From Octopus sinensis (Eukaryota): DNA of 64,000 nt. The DNA is taken from the NCBI RefSeq assembly GCF_006345805.1, contig NC_042998.1:41726001-41790000 (forward strand), in the 5' to 3' direction. Made by a program: the position numbers and the translations under genes. The notes below the pieces were generated by a model that saw only the letters and a program-made list of their open reading frames with translations, was not told the DNA's origin and searched no databases. Of the stretch, positions 12,660 through 26,225 are shown one piece after another (within the stretch, counting starts at the first letter, position 1; every line of letters begins with the position of its first letter).

Positions 12660-13468
12660 CTTTCAAAACTTAGTTTGTTAATTTTATGTTAATCTAGTTG
12701 CTCCTTACTAGAATATCTTTTTTATCTCAATGATACTGCTATGCCAGTCATTGGAGATGACATTTCCTTGTATTATCTGATTGACTATATATGTCACTTC
12801 CACCTGTCATATTTTGCTAGGTATTTTTAGTAACTAATTCTGATAGTTCTGATGTTCTTCTGCCTTCATAACCTTATATGTTCTTCTGAATATGCAGCTG
12901 TTAACTTCCATGGCTAATCACTCTGTTGGGTCTACTTGTGGTGCTGCCTCTTTTTGTCATCCATTGAGCAATTTCTCACAGTAGCATTTCCACATCACTT
13001 CCTTTTCAGTGTGAGTGAGGACAAATGTTCCTCTCATACCCTACAAACTTTTCACCAAAGATGACTAAATTAACACTGACGCATTGCTTTGCAATCTGGG
13101 ATACCACATGCCTCTGATCCTTTTATTGGCAAACACAATTTCTGCTTTTTCCTTTGTTATGTATATTTGCTGTTTTCTGATGTTGCTCTTTGCTACATTT
13201 TTCATCCATTCTTTTAAGGCCTGTCTTTTAGCTAACTTGGGTTCCTAAATATTTATTTCTGATTATGTCACTGTACATTTTGCACTGTATATTTTGCCCA
13301 ATATTTCTCAATGTAATTATTCTATATTAATAATTTCAGGATATAAATAATTTTTTTAATCATTATCATATTTATTGCCATCAAATTGATTATTTATATA
13401 GACAAAATGATTTTTTAAATATATTTTTATGCATTTTATTTATATGTGCCTTGCAATATATTTTACAG

Positions 13469-13578
13469 ATGGGAACAGTTGTTGAATCTGCAGCAGATTT
13501 CTATCATGCTCGTATCCCAAAGAAGCAACGAAAGGCAAATATTGTTGAAGAGATGATGGCTAATGCAGAAACAAAACA
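13469..13578 (+). CDS. DNTTIP2: DNTTIP2/Fcf2 exon (MGTVVESAADFYHARIPKKQRKANIVEEMMANAETK)
   Basis: Matches the GTIVD..ADFYHSRIPKKQRK.TIVEEL pattern of DNTTIP2. ttttacAG acceptor, CA|GTAGGT donor (phase 2). Confidence 0.95.
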
Positions 13579-15684
13579 GTAGGTTTACTTTTTCTATTAA
13601 TCCTTGTTTGCTATTTTAATATTTTTTTTGTTTGAAGGAAAACAGACTCCATAATCTGTAGCTCTTCAGTTTGTTGGAAGAAATGCTTAGGTTGCTTTGC
13701 AACCATGTGCTTCCAAGTTCAGTCCCGCTGTGTGGCATATTGGATGAGTATTTCCTACTACAGCCCTAGGTGACAAATACTTTGTGAGTTTGGTAGATAA
13801 AAACCTGTGTGGGAACTCATTGGGTATACATATGTGTGTGTTTGTGTTATGTTTGTTATCTCTTCCCCCACTTGACAACTGGTGTTGGTGTGTTTACATC
13901 CCTGTAAGTAGTTTCAAAATTGTTAGTACCCTATAATCAGAACTTGCTAAAATATGTCTTCTAAGTTATGTTAAACATTTTAGCCTAAATTACATTTAAT
14001 TTATGAACCAAGGGTACTTAATTTTTGGAGGTAATAAACAAATTGTATTGCAATGAATGCAAAGAGTTATGTCTTCATCATTTTCATAGTAATAATATTT
14101 TCTTTGAATTTTATTGTCAACGTTTCCCTTCCTACTTTTAAGATGGTAGGGTGTGATTTGAAGGTCAAATTGTTATTTTGCCGTTCAAACAACTTAGCTG
14201 ATCCCTCATTGGTTGATAAATGTAATTTAGGCTAATATATTCTGTTGTCTGGGGAGAGTCATTTTGTTATTGTGCCTTATAATTTAACACACTCACCGGT
14301 AAAATTTCCACTTATTTCTTATTTTTATTTTCCTAATATTTTCATTGCGTCTATAAGGCATAAAAAGAAAATGACTCTCCCCAGACACAACAGAATATGC
14401 TTCAACACACAAACTCACATAAAGAATCTTGCGAACCAAATTCAAAAACGAAATAGGCTAATATAGTTTAACATGAATTAGAAGACATTTGTTTTCAAGC
14501 TCTGATCATAGAATATTGACATTTTTGTATGTCTAAATCATTAAATAAGTTTTATAATGACTTATTTTCCACATTTATGTAAACTTGTGAGTTAGACTTA
14601 CCTGTTTACCGATCCACATCCCAGTATCTCTCTCATCCTTCATTCAACAACAATAACTATTTCTTAAGGAAGAGCGATAGTAAGATCATTTCACTAAAAC
14701 TTACTCTGCTTATTGTTCCTGATAACGAACTTCATTGAGCTGGCAGAATCATTAGCACACTAGAATTCAAATTCTGTCACGGTCAACTTTGCCTTTCAAT
14801 CTTTTAGGCTTGATAAAATAAATACCAATTGAACACTGGGGTTGATGTAATCGACTAGCCCTGTTTCCCAAAATTTCAGGCCAAATACCTACAGTAGAAA
14901 GAATTATTCAAAGAGAACTATGTGTTAAACTGGATCACTGAAAAATGTAATTCCAGATTGGAACTGCAGCAGCAGCAGCAGCTCTTCCATAAGGTTTTTA
15001 ATGGTTGCAGGGTCAGTGAGTCCCTATGCATTGACTACAATATTCCTCATATTCAAGTGATCACTTTTCATCAGTGGCACTAACAGTTGAAACAGATCCA
15101 AAAGAAAGTGGGGGCTGAAATGAGCCATTGGCATGAGTTTGTTTAAGGTGGATGACAGCTTGCTGGGCTGAAGCCCACACACTCTGGCTCCAGGTCTTTG
15201 TTTTGTAGCACACATACTAACTCAGAAAAGGAGTTGTGTCAATCTCCTGAGAAATCCAGTCCTTTGGATTTTACTCCTCTGAAGTTGTGGATCCCTACCT
15301 ATGAGGGCTTGCCTTCATCAACCAGACAGACTGGCAAGAGGATTTTAAGTCAGGGTTTCTCTTCTCCAGATTGGGACTATATTATTGCTATTACTTTATC
15401 CTAGTTGTCTTTTTTGAATAGAAATAGTTCTATTATCTTTTTAATAATTGGTGTGACACATGATAGGCAAGTGTTCTTTGTATATGTTGGATACTGAGTT
15501 GAATTATTTGTTGAATCAAATCTTTAGTATATGAATCTCTTATAATTACTTTATATGAAATAGTATTTTGAAGATATACAGTATTCACAATATGAACAGT
15601 GGCACAAAATATTTTTATTCATAGGTATTTACAAGATTGTATTAATATTTTAATCATTAAATTGCCTTTTGGTTTTCATTTCAG

Positions 15685-15763
15685 ATATGTCAAGAAAAAA
15701 TATGCTGATCTAGCTAAAACCAAAAAAGTAAGAAACAGAAACAAGAATAAAAAAAAGAAATAA
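15685..15763 (+). CDS. DNTTIP2: DNTTIP2/Fcf2 last exon (YVKKKYADLAKTKKVRNRNKNKKKK*)
   Basis: tttcAG acceptor. CA+A completes Gln. Lys-rich tail as in orthologues. TAA at 15761-15763. Confidence 0.88.
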
Positions 15764-15769
15764 TTTAGA

Positions 15770-15775
15770 AATAAA
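15770..15775 (+). terminator. Candidate polyadenylation signal AATAAA
   Basis: First AATAAA after the stop codon; usage not demonstrated. Confidence 0.35.
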
Positions 15776-16019
15776 TTTATATTTGAGAAATCACAATTTT
15801 GTTTTCCATATTTACTTTATTGCTGTAATATTTATTTTCCCATGTTTTTGCATATACACAATCATACAACACATATACACACATACTGCAAATATCCAGT
15901 CACACTTAGCAAAACCACCTCTGTCTTCTAGAAAGACAAAAGGAGTGACATATTCTTTAATATATATATGTGTGTGTGTATGTTTATTGAGCTTCATATT
16001 TTAAAGAAATTATATCCTC

Positions 16020-16370
16020 AACATTTAATCCATTTTCCATGCTGGCATGGGTTGGATGAATGGCTTGACAGGAACTGGAAAGGCCAGGAGTCACACCAGG
16101 TTCCATAGTCTGTTTTGGCTTGGTTTCTACATCTGAATGCCCTTCCTAACACTGATCACTCCACAAAATGTACTGGGTGCTTTGTATGTGGCACCATCAC
16201 CTGTGCTCTTTGCATGGCACCAGAACCAGTATTTTCTATGTGGCACCACCACCCACACCAGTGTTTTTTTTTGTGACACTTTGGTTTTAGGATCTCAATT
16301 CTGTCGTGGGGGACAGGTCTTCTCAAGTACCGCCATGTGACATATTCGGTCCTCTCATCTTCATAAGGTT
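16020..16370 (-). mobile_element. 5'-truncated RTE 3'-end fragment
   Basis: ccatgctggcatggg hairpin and gatgcccttcctaa..cactcc motifs shared with the RTE 3' UTR at 50420-50700. Confidence 0.7.
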
Positions 16371-17936
16371 CAAGTTTTGAGATTGACCTTCAATACTTCA
16401 TACTATGTCTTCCTGAGTCTCCCTCTTCCACAAATATGTTTGTTTATAGCATTCTTATTTTTATATGTAGCTTCTAAAAATGATTTCTACTTCATTAGTA
16501 CCGAAGGATCAAGTTTATTCAAATCTAATTTTAGTTCTTTTCATTTAGTCTTCAGTTTGAAATGTGCAATACTTTTAATATTTACTTCACTCCTTCAAGA
16601 ATGAAATTAAACATATAATAATATAGAAGAAAATTTCACAAAATTTTTTGGTAGAATAGATAAAAAGTAATGTATTTTCCCAATGAAAAAAAATTTACTG
16701 GAACATGTCTACAGGATAGTTCAACTGCTACTGCAATTTTTATGTTCTGGTTAGTACAAATTATTTAGGAAGGCGTTTGATAGAACATGGTAAAAGGTTC
16801 ATGAGAAGGGAGCTAAGCGTCAAGTACTTGTTTATCGAGTTATCTACCTTACTTTGTTCCACTGAACCCGTGTGACTGGAAATGAAACTATCGTAAACAA
16901 GGCAATTGTGACTAATTGTCTAGCCATATACGTCATCGCGAAGGTTTTCAATTAGATTATTACGTCACCGTTGTCATGGAAATAGATGTGGATCATCCAA
17001 GAGACAGAATTTTCGTAATTTCTGTCGTTCTTTCCATAGCCATTAATGATGATTTACAACACTGATTATTTTTGCTTCGAAGAAATAACAGAGTATTGTT
17101 ATCATGCCAGTATCGGAAATCATTGATGTATAAAGTTTGATAGCATAGACGATATTGAACTGTCATAGATGTGTAAAGTAAGCTATTCAAGAGTTTACAA
17201 TCTTAGATGGCCGACTTTATTTTTCATCATTATGTGGGTGAGAAAACATGCTAAAGTAACATGGCTAGATCCAGTCAATCGATTATAAACGCTCGCTTGA
17301 AAATTCGGTCTTTATTTATTTATTTATTTTTAATATCAGTAACATCAGTAACAATTTATTTTATTTCAAAATAAGGCTGATGTGTGTGTGTGTGTGTGTA
17401 TGTGTGTATGTTTATAACTTATTTTTTGTTTTTTATAGGTCAGGACTAAATACCTAATATTTAGTTTCGGCCCTTATTTTCCTCACCTGAGTCGACATGA
17501 CTTTCCAGAGTCGATAAAATTAGTAATATATATATACTCTCAGTAATATATATTTTGTTAACTATTCTCTCGTCACATGGCCTTAGGTGCCATATTAAAA
17601 TATGTTGATATTATTCTTTACTATTATTTAGCTCTTTTAGTTTTTAATATTTCTCTTTGACAAAATAGATAAAAAAAATATCTTACGCGTTACAATGGAA
17701 GGCGGTTTTCATGACACTATGAGTCCTATAAGAAAGTGATATAAACATATTCTTACTCCTAACATTACTAAATTGTGAGTAATATATATATATATATATA
17801 TAATATATATCAGTTCCTCTATCATTGATGTCAATTTTGATTTTAATCTTTATAGGGTTGATAAGAGTACAGGGGTTAATTTAATTAACTCCCCACTCCC
17901 ACTGAAAAAATTCCTTCTGCTTATATATTAGAAACC

Positions 17937-18375
17937 TAGCTGGCAGAATCATTAACACGCTGAACGAAATGCTTATCAGCATTTTGTCCGTCTTTACATT
18001 CTGAGTTCAAATTCAACCGAGGTTGACTTTACCTTTTATCCTTTCAGGATCAATTAAATAAGTACCAGTTGAACACTGAGGTTGATGTAATTGACTAGCC
18101 CTCACAAAATTTCCAGCCTTGTGCCTATTGTAGAAAGGATTATTATTATTGTAAGGCAGTGAACTGGCAGAATTGTTAGCATGATGGCCAAAATACTTAA
18201 CTTCATTTCGCTTGTCTTTATGTTCTGAGTTCAAAATCTGCTGAGGTTGACTTTACCTTTCATCCTTTCTGGGTCGATAAAATAAGTACCAGTCGAGCAC
18301 TGGAGTCAAGGTAATTGACATCCTCCCCCACTCCCCAAAATGGCTGGTCTTGTGCCAAAATTTGTCACCATTATT
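17937..18375 (+). mobile_element. Two tandem SINE family B copies (about 17937-18148 and 18152-18375)
   Basis: Two consecutive ctggcagaat..ctgagttcaaa..ccttttatcctttc..aagtaccagt units; the first ends in attattatt. Confidence 0.85.
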
Positions 18376-19431
18376 TTTGTAAAGTTCCCTGTGATCTGGT
18401 TTTGTTCTCTGGTTTAGATTCTCTGTTATAGGCATTTTACTTCAGTAAAATGTTATCACAACAGAAACCCATATTTCTTGATTCATTTCAAATAAGCAAA
18501 TATTGTTTTTCTTTTTAAAATTTGCTTCCAATCAATATAATTACCCAGTTAAGTCACTCTAGCCAGACAGTTATCTACTCCCTTGTTATAAAAATAAAAT
18601 AAAATGCATTTGATTTTCCTTAGGATGAAAAGATTAGTATTCAATCAATTAATTTTGCTATTCAAACAAATAACTGTTCAGAATTGTGTGGTTGTTTGAT
18701 TGAGAAGCTTGCTTCCCAACCATGTTGCCTTGGGTTCAGTCTTGCTGCATGCTATCTTGGAGAAGTGTCTTCTATAATAGTCCCAGGTTAACAAAAGCCT
18801 TGTAAGAGGATTTGGTAGACAGAAATTGAAAGAAGTTTGTCATATAGATATAGATAGATAGGCATAATGTATATGAGTGTATTTGTGTGTATCCTTTTCT
18901 TGATATTAGATGATGGTTGTAAATGAGTTCCACTGTCCTACAAGCAATGCTGGTCATTTCCAGTCTTCCATGAAAGCATGTCTGGCCATGGGGAAATATT
19001 ACTTTGCTTGGAAACAGGTGAGGGTTGGTGACTGGAAAGGCATCCAACCATAGAAACTGCCTCAACAAATTGCATCTGACCCATGGAAGCATAGATATTA
19101 AATGAAATGACTGACTGAAAATAAAGAGCAAACACAATTTGGCAAAACTTTGCCACATAGGCCGACCTTTACTTTCGATCCTTTTAGGGTTCTTAAAAAA
19201 GTACCAATCTAGACCTGTAAATTGGCAGAACTATAAAAATGCTGAACTGGATGCTTTGCAGTATTTTTATTTATTATTCATTTTTGTATTGCAATCTGAG
19301 TTCAGATCCTGCCTTGTTCTACTTGGGTGTTACCCTTAATTTGGCTTCCAGTTTAACACCACTACTTAGCACCTTGAGTGCCTTTATCAGAGCTCATTCT
19401 CTCATCAGCACTCAGGTTCAGTTCTGTGGCT

Positions 19432-19918
19432 TAGCCCTTTAGCATTCAGATTATATATCACTGGGAGGGAGATGAGTTGCTGCTATCTCCAGCGGTCATG
19501 CGTCCATCATTGATGAGACCAAAGAAAGTCAAAATCACATGATCTGGAGGTCTCAGCACTGGAGATGACAAGGACTTATCTCCCTACTAGCAATATAAAC
19601 AAGTGTGCATTTTGCACCAAAAGCCAATGTGTGAGTTTCTATCATGGTATCTACTGCAGTATACTTTGTTCTAACAGAAGATTCATGTTTAAGAGAGGAT
19701 AAATATTACCTTTCAGATTACTCTGTTGAATGAAATGCTTATTCACATTGTTTTGAATTAATCATGTATTATATAACTTCAAGATTTTGTTGATGTGATT
19801 GTTTATTTTTATAACAACATTGTAAGGTAGGTATGATAAGCTGGATCTAGCTGGTTTTAACATAAAATATGTAGAATATTTGGGTTTAATATGGCAGATT
19901 TAAATACTAAAAGGTTAA
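19432..19918 (+). mobile_element. TTAA-type MITE (same family as 52941-53159) split by a 258-bp insertion
   Basis: Starts cccttt agcattcagatta, resumes at ttcagattactctg (19712) and ends tactaaaaggttaa. Confidence 0.7.
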
Positions 19919-21067
19919 TCCTAGGAGGGGAAGTTGTGTCTGTAGTCTTTCCATGCAATCTTAAGTTGGTCAGACAGAAGTAGTTGATATTACACTTGCT
20001 CTTTAAACTTTCATCTGCAGATCATGTTAACAAAAGTGGTTGGTTAGAGAAGAATGATTAGGTTAAGAAAGGTGTTTATTATAAGTTTTGTGAAGATGAG
20101 ACATAGGGGTGCCATAAATGAAGAGATGTAATTAGGATAGGTTTGGATGGGATGTTACCGGTGATATTTATGCATGTATTTTGATATGATTATATCTTGC
20201 ATGAGATGAATGAGTTCTGAAAACAACTTTTTTCTGTGTCAGTAAAATTTATTCTAAAATTTTAAAATAAAATGCATGTTCTGTAGTGAGTGAATAACAG
20301 AGGAAGGTTTGATTATGGAACAGGCCTAAATATCTGGTATGGCAAACTACTGATATAGCTGCTGCTGCTACTACTACTACTACTACCACCACTACTACAA
20401 CACTTCATAGCAATGTTTTACTCATACCACTTCTAAACCAGTCTCTCTTCCACTGAGTTCAGCTTTGCCTTTCATCCTAAAATTGTTAAGATAAGCAAAG
20501 GAGTTGATTTAATTGATTAACCCCTTCCCACAATTTCTGGTCTTTTGTTTAATGTTAGGAGCAATTAGTATTATTATTAAAAATCACATATATTGGTACA
20601 GTTTTAAATAAATAATTGTCACCTGGACCTTTAATATCTTGGACTACTAAAATTGGTTTAAAATTTTAGTACAAAGCCAACACTTTTAGAAGGCAGGGAT
20701 TAGTCAATTAAATCAACCCCAGTGCTCAACTGGTACTTCTTTCATCAACCCTAAAAGGATGAAAGGCAAAGCTGAATAGTATTTGAACTCAAGAAAAACC
20801 ATGAAACGTTTTGTCTGACATGCTAAGAATTCTGTCAGCTTTTTGGTTACTAAATAAATAGAAAAAGAGAGCATAAGCTGACCATTATAGTACTAAATGT
20901 TGTGTGGTTACAAAGTTTGCTTTGCATCTGTGTGGTTTCAGGTTCTATCCCATTGCATGGTTCCTTGGAAAAGTGTCTTCTATAGCCTCTTATTTAACAA
21001 TGAGTGAAATGTTGGAGATGAAAACTGCAATGAAGCCTGTTGTGTGTGTGTAATATAATATAATGGA

Positions 21068-21340
21068 ATTATTGTATACAGTGCTCAGGTGCACCACAAC
21101 TTGTCAAAAGTGTATATAAAGCATATACAGTAATGTACAAATGTCTGGGGAATGAACTGTGTATGAGTCGGATACATGTTTGCATGTGTATGGAGGGGAG
21201 AAAATCAGGTGTAGTGTTGGCGAATCTTAGGAAGCATGGAAGTTTTGAAGGATATGATGTATGTGCAAGTGTTCTGCATGTCTTCATATTGACATTGAGC
21301 AGCTACTTTTCTTCACATTTATCCTAAAGAATAAGTCTGG
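21068..21340 (-). mobile_element. CR1/L2-like LINE 3' end
   Basis: Shares the gtgcacctgagcactgtatacaata tail with 43900-43960 and 54330-54570. Confidence 0.55.
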
Positions 21341-22244
21341 TAGCTTGGCAGTTTCATTGGTTTGATGTGAAGACTAGTGGAATATAAACAGAATACTTGA
21401 AAAACGAAGACTGGTGACAGAACTAGCATCCAACCTTACAATATTGCCTTAAAAAGTCTTGTCTAACATATATTAGCATGGAAAAAGTAGATGTAAAAAC
21501 AATGATGATGGATGATGACGACATATTGTACTTCTCTATCAGATTAAATAATAATTATAGCTTCTAATTTAAGCACAAAGGCCAGCAATTCTGAAGGGAG
21601 GAGTTAGTCAATTTTGTTAACTGCAGTACTTGACTGGCATTTTATTTTATTTTATTTGTTGACCCCTCCCCGACAGGATTAAAGGCAAAGCTGGTGTCAA
21701 CTGAATTTGAACTCAGAATGTAAATGGCTTGAAAAAAAAAATACCATATGGTATTTTGTCAAATGAGCTAATAATTCTACAACTAACCTCCCTGAACTAA
21801 GTAATAATAAAAATGCCAGCATATCATTATGATGATGATCATCATCATTTTTCCATGCTGGCATGGATTGGATGATTCAACAAAAACCAATGAACCAGAG
21901 GGAAGCACTGAGCTCCAGTGTCTGCTTTGGTATGGTTTCTACAGCTGGATATCCTTCCTAATGCCAACCACTTTACAGGGTACTTTTCTTGTAGCACCAG
22001 CACTAGGGAAGTTACTAAGTACCTTCAAAGCAAGACCCCCCTCAATTGAGTGGGATGTAGTATTGAAAGTTGTGTATGATAGTGGAACAGAAACAGTACA
22101 GATGGTAGATGCTTTAGGTTTTATGACTGAAAGTCTTATGAATTTCCAGGGGCAAATTATTCTTTCATAGTCTTTTGTAATGATTGGCTCATAGTGCATG
22201 CTTTTAATTTCTATGGTGTCAAGATAATAATTTCTCTCTGAGTG

Positions 22245-22630
22245 TCTCTTTTACTTGTTTCAGTCATTTGACTGCGGCCATGCTGGAGCACCACCTTTAG
22301 TTGAGCAAATCGACCCCAGGACGTATTCTTTGTAAGCCTAGTACTTATTCTATTGGTCTCTTTTGCCAAACCGCTAAGTTATGGGGACGTAAACACACCA
22401 GCATCGGTTGTCAGGCAATGTTGGGGGGACAAACACAGACACACACATATATACATATATATATATACAACAGGCTTCTTTCAGTTAACGTCTACCAAAT
22501 CCACTCACAAGGCTTTGGTCGGCCCGAGGCTATAGTAAAAGACACTTGCCCAAGGTGCCACACAGTGGGACTGAACCCGGAACCATGTGGTTCGTAAGCG
22601 AGCTACTTACCACTCAGCCACTCCTGTGCA
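22245..22630 (-). mobile_element. SINE family A, full length
   Basis: Complete reverse copy. Confidence 0.88.
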
Positions 22631-24083
22631 GGTGATTTTTTTTTTCTGATGGTGGAATTGAACTTAGCACTGCAAACCAATGAACCTTTAACTCAATAAT
22701 TAGTGATTATCAAGCAAATAAGGAAGTCTTTATTCAGACAAATCAGCTTGTGGAAATAATCTACTCCAGATCATGAATTTGTACTCCATTGTCTTAATGT
22801 GAAAGTCATATTAGATAATGTAGTTCTAAATATCCCTATAAAGCTCCACACAAATAGTTATTATCCAACATTTATTGGAAAGGGGAGTAAGTTGGTGCAG
22901 TTGGTCAGCACATTTATAGTGAAAATAAGAGGATGGGTTTGATTCCCATGTGTACTCACCCATTTATTATTATTTTTTTTTTTGCTGAGGGCTTATATGT
23001 CCCTTATTAAACTATTTTCTATGCAATATATGGTAAATGCTTATAAGCTTATAATTATATTGCAAAAATTGTTTTCCTCAAATTCAGCAGCTAATGGTAG
23101 ACCCATTTTAATAACTTGGTACTATCTTGTTTTATGTTATGGTTTTAAAAATAGCAAATTCTCTTGAGTTGATTCAGATATCTTCAAATTAACCAAGAAA
23201 ATTGCCATAGTTTCTTTAAAAGAAATTCTTTCTCTTAACTGTTTTGATACCAACCTGCCTGAGACCAGCCCTGGTTCTGTTATACAAATTTGCTGTTTTA
23301 AAGTGACCTAAATTAAAACTTTCCATCACAATTTCCATGAAAATTTTATGTTAATATATGTCAATTTATGTTCTAATCAATAGCATAATAATGATAATTA
23401 TTTCACTAAATTCTTCATTATTTTCAAAAGTAATTGAAACAAAGGCAGTGTCTTTCAACTGAAATATGTAACAATTATGGGTTTCTTGTGTTTTCAAGTT
23501 TAATCTCAATTGTAAAGCTTAAATGTCAAGTAGTATTCAGAAAAAAATAGATTCTTTGAATGATTATTCATAACATTATTAAACAGGATGGTCACGGTTG
23601 GAATTCCTGTAGTCATAGGCTTGCTCTATTAGCGTTGCTTTAGGCCAAACAACAATAACAATTAGTGTTTGCATCAATAATAATGTCTGCTGTGCAAAGT
23701 ACTACAGATTTTGCTATAAAAGCTTCTACCACTTTGCACTCTTAGTTGTATGACCTTTACCGACTGCTAAAATTTTAGATATATTTGTTGCAATATATCT
23801 TAGAAGCATCATGCCTACTCTTTTTTTTGGTAAATATGCCTAGATTCTGAGCTATCCATTATGAAAGTCCCTGTTTGGTGAAGACTCTCTACTAAAGGAC
23901 TTATGCTTGAAAAAGAATGAATTTGAATAATCTGAATAACTTACTGGATTTGTAATGTAACAATATGAAATGTAGTAGCTGAGAGAAGGATGCATCAAAA
24001 AAATTAGATCTGCCTTATGGGGATTAGTCTTTGGAGAAGATAGTGATGAAGAAAGGTTATGGAATTTTTACTACATAGGAAAA

Positions 24084-24533
24084 TGCATGGTTGTGTGGTA
24101 AGAAGCTTACTTCCCAACCATGTGGTTCCAGATGCAGTCCCACTGTATGGCACCTTGGGCAAGTGTCTTTTTCTATAACCTCAGGCTGACCAAAGCCTTG
24201 TGAGTAGATCTGGTAGATGGAAACTGAAAGAAGCCCATTGTATAGATATATATTTAAATATAAAATATATGTATATATATATAAAATATATGTGTATGTA
24301 TATATATATAATGTATATGTGTGTGTATATATATATATGTGTATGTCTGTGTTTGTCCCCACACCATCACTTGATGACCAATGTTTGTGTGTTTACATCC
24401 CCATAACTTAGCAGTTTGGCAAAAAAAAAAGACAGATAGAATAAATACCAGGCTTAAAGAGTACTAAAAGTTCTTCAAGGCAGTGCCCCAGCATGGCTGC
24501 AGTTTAATGAATGGAACAAATAAAAGATAAAAG
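24084..24533 (+). mobile_element. SINE family A with expanded central TA/TG tract
   Basis: Head, microsatellite and tail all present. Confidence 0.85.
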
Positions 24534-24811
24534 TCACTAAAGGATTGTGATGCAGCTCCAATATCATAGGAATGATAAAGGCAACTGATTGGCAAATTCA
24601 GTTGACAGGAGAACAAAATGCTTTCCAGTATTTAGTTATCTGTCTCTATATTCTAGGTTCAAATCACACTGAAGCCAAGAATATTTAACTAATTTGAACA
24701 AGCCCTCCTGCAAACCTATGCAAATGTTATAATTTTTCCAACATCTATTTCAATATTGTTTTCTACAAATAAAACAGTTAATGATGGACCCATTTTAATA
24801 ACCAAGAACCC

Positions 24812-25245
24812 CATCATCATCATCATCATTTAACATCTGTTGTCCATGTTAGCATGGGTTCGTTGGTTTGATCAGGGCTGGTAAGCTGGAAGGCTGCACC
24901 AGACTCCAGTCTGACTTGGCATGGTTTTCTACAGCTGGATGCCCTTCGTAACGCCAACCACTCCGAGAGTGTAATGGTTGCTTTTAAGTACCATCAGCAT
25001 GGGTGCCATTTGCATGACACCGGTATCTGCCACAACTGTGATTTTGCTTGGCTTAATGTGTCTTCTTCTCAAGCATGACATAATGCCAAAGGTCTTGGCC
25101 ATTGCCTCTATAGGGTCCAACACTCAAAAGGAACTCAGCTACTTTGCTTCCATGAGGCTCAACTCTCAAAAGGAACTGAACCACTTTGCCTCTATGAGGC
25201 CTAATGCTTGAAAGTAACTCGGCCACTTTACCTCTGTGAGGCCCA
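24812..25245 (-). mobile_element. Short RTE-derived element with a ~38-bp tandem array at its 5' end
   Basis: (GAT)n tail, RTE 3' UTR, ORF2 C-terminal remnant and about 4 units of gaggcccaacactcaaaaggaactcagctactttgcctccat. Confidence 0.75.
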
Positions 25246-25524
25246 ACTGTCCATATTATATGTTACATGTACTATAATGGTTTTTGATAAAATATAAGAT
25301 AGCATGTACTCTTCCATTTAGTTATCTTTAGTTTCACCCAGAAAAATTACTAAATAATTTCACTGTCTCTTTGTTATAGGTTTCCTATGTTTTCAAGTCT
25401 ACACTCTTAATGAAAATGGCAAGTAGCAATCAAAATAATGATAGAATTCTAGTGAGAATTATCTAGAGTGCTATAAAATTGTATATGTCAGTTGTTTGAT
25501 TTATCTGGAATATTTCATACAGGT

Positions 25525-25754
25525 TTAACCCTTTCGTTACCGTATTTATTTTGAGATGCTCTGTGTTTTATTCAATTAATTTTAAATATAACAAAAAATT
25601 TAATAAAATAACTTAGTTATCACTAAGCTAGTGTTGGGAACATAAATTGTTACTAAGGTTTGGTGGAAGATTTTAATTCAAAACTTATGAAAACAAGACA
25701 TTTGTATTACAGAGCCAGAGGCGGTTTTGGCCGGGTTGGTATCAAAAAGGTTAA
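25525..25754. mobile_element. piggyBac-like MITE with TTAA target-site duplication
   Basis: TTAA-CCCTTTCGTTACC ... GGTATCAAAAAGG-TTAA. Confidence 0.85.
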
Positions 25755-26168
25755 CCCCTTTTGTTATCTGTTATCTTTTACTTGTTTCAGTCATTGAACT
25801 GCAGCTATGCTGAGGCACCATCTTGAAGTGTTTAGTTGAACAAATCGACTCCAATGCTCACTTTTAAGTCTAGCACTTATTCTATCATTCATCCATTCTC
25901 TTAGGCTGAACTGCTAAGTTATCCATCCATCCGTCTGTCCGTCCGTCCGTCTGTCTGTCTGTCTGCTATAAATACAATGGAATCTCAGTTGATGAATTTA
26001 ATCTGTTCCTGAAGGCCATTCATCACCTAAAATGTTTGTAAATCAAAATAATTTTTCCCAGAGGAAATTCAAGGACTCATTTTACTGTTCATCACCCAAA
26101 ACATTTTATGTTAAAAAAGTTGTTTGTTCATGATGAAAGGCATTTGCAAACTGAATACATAAATACAT

Positions 26169-26203
<35 letters not shown>

Positions 26204-26225
26204 TACATACACACACACACACACA

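Noticed and set aside
22540-22630. tRNA gene (A/B-box-like sequence)
   Set aside because: It is the tRNA-derived head of SINE family A; no cloverleaf or acceptor stem.
25100-25245. CRISPR-like look of ~38-bp repeats
   Set aside because: Head-to-tail tandem units without unique spacers, no cas genes, eukaryotic retroelement context.
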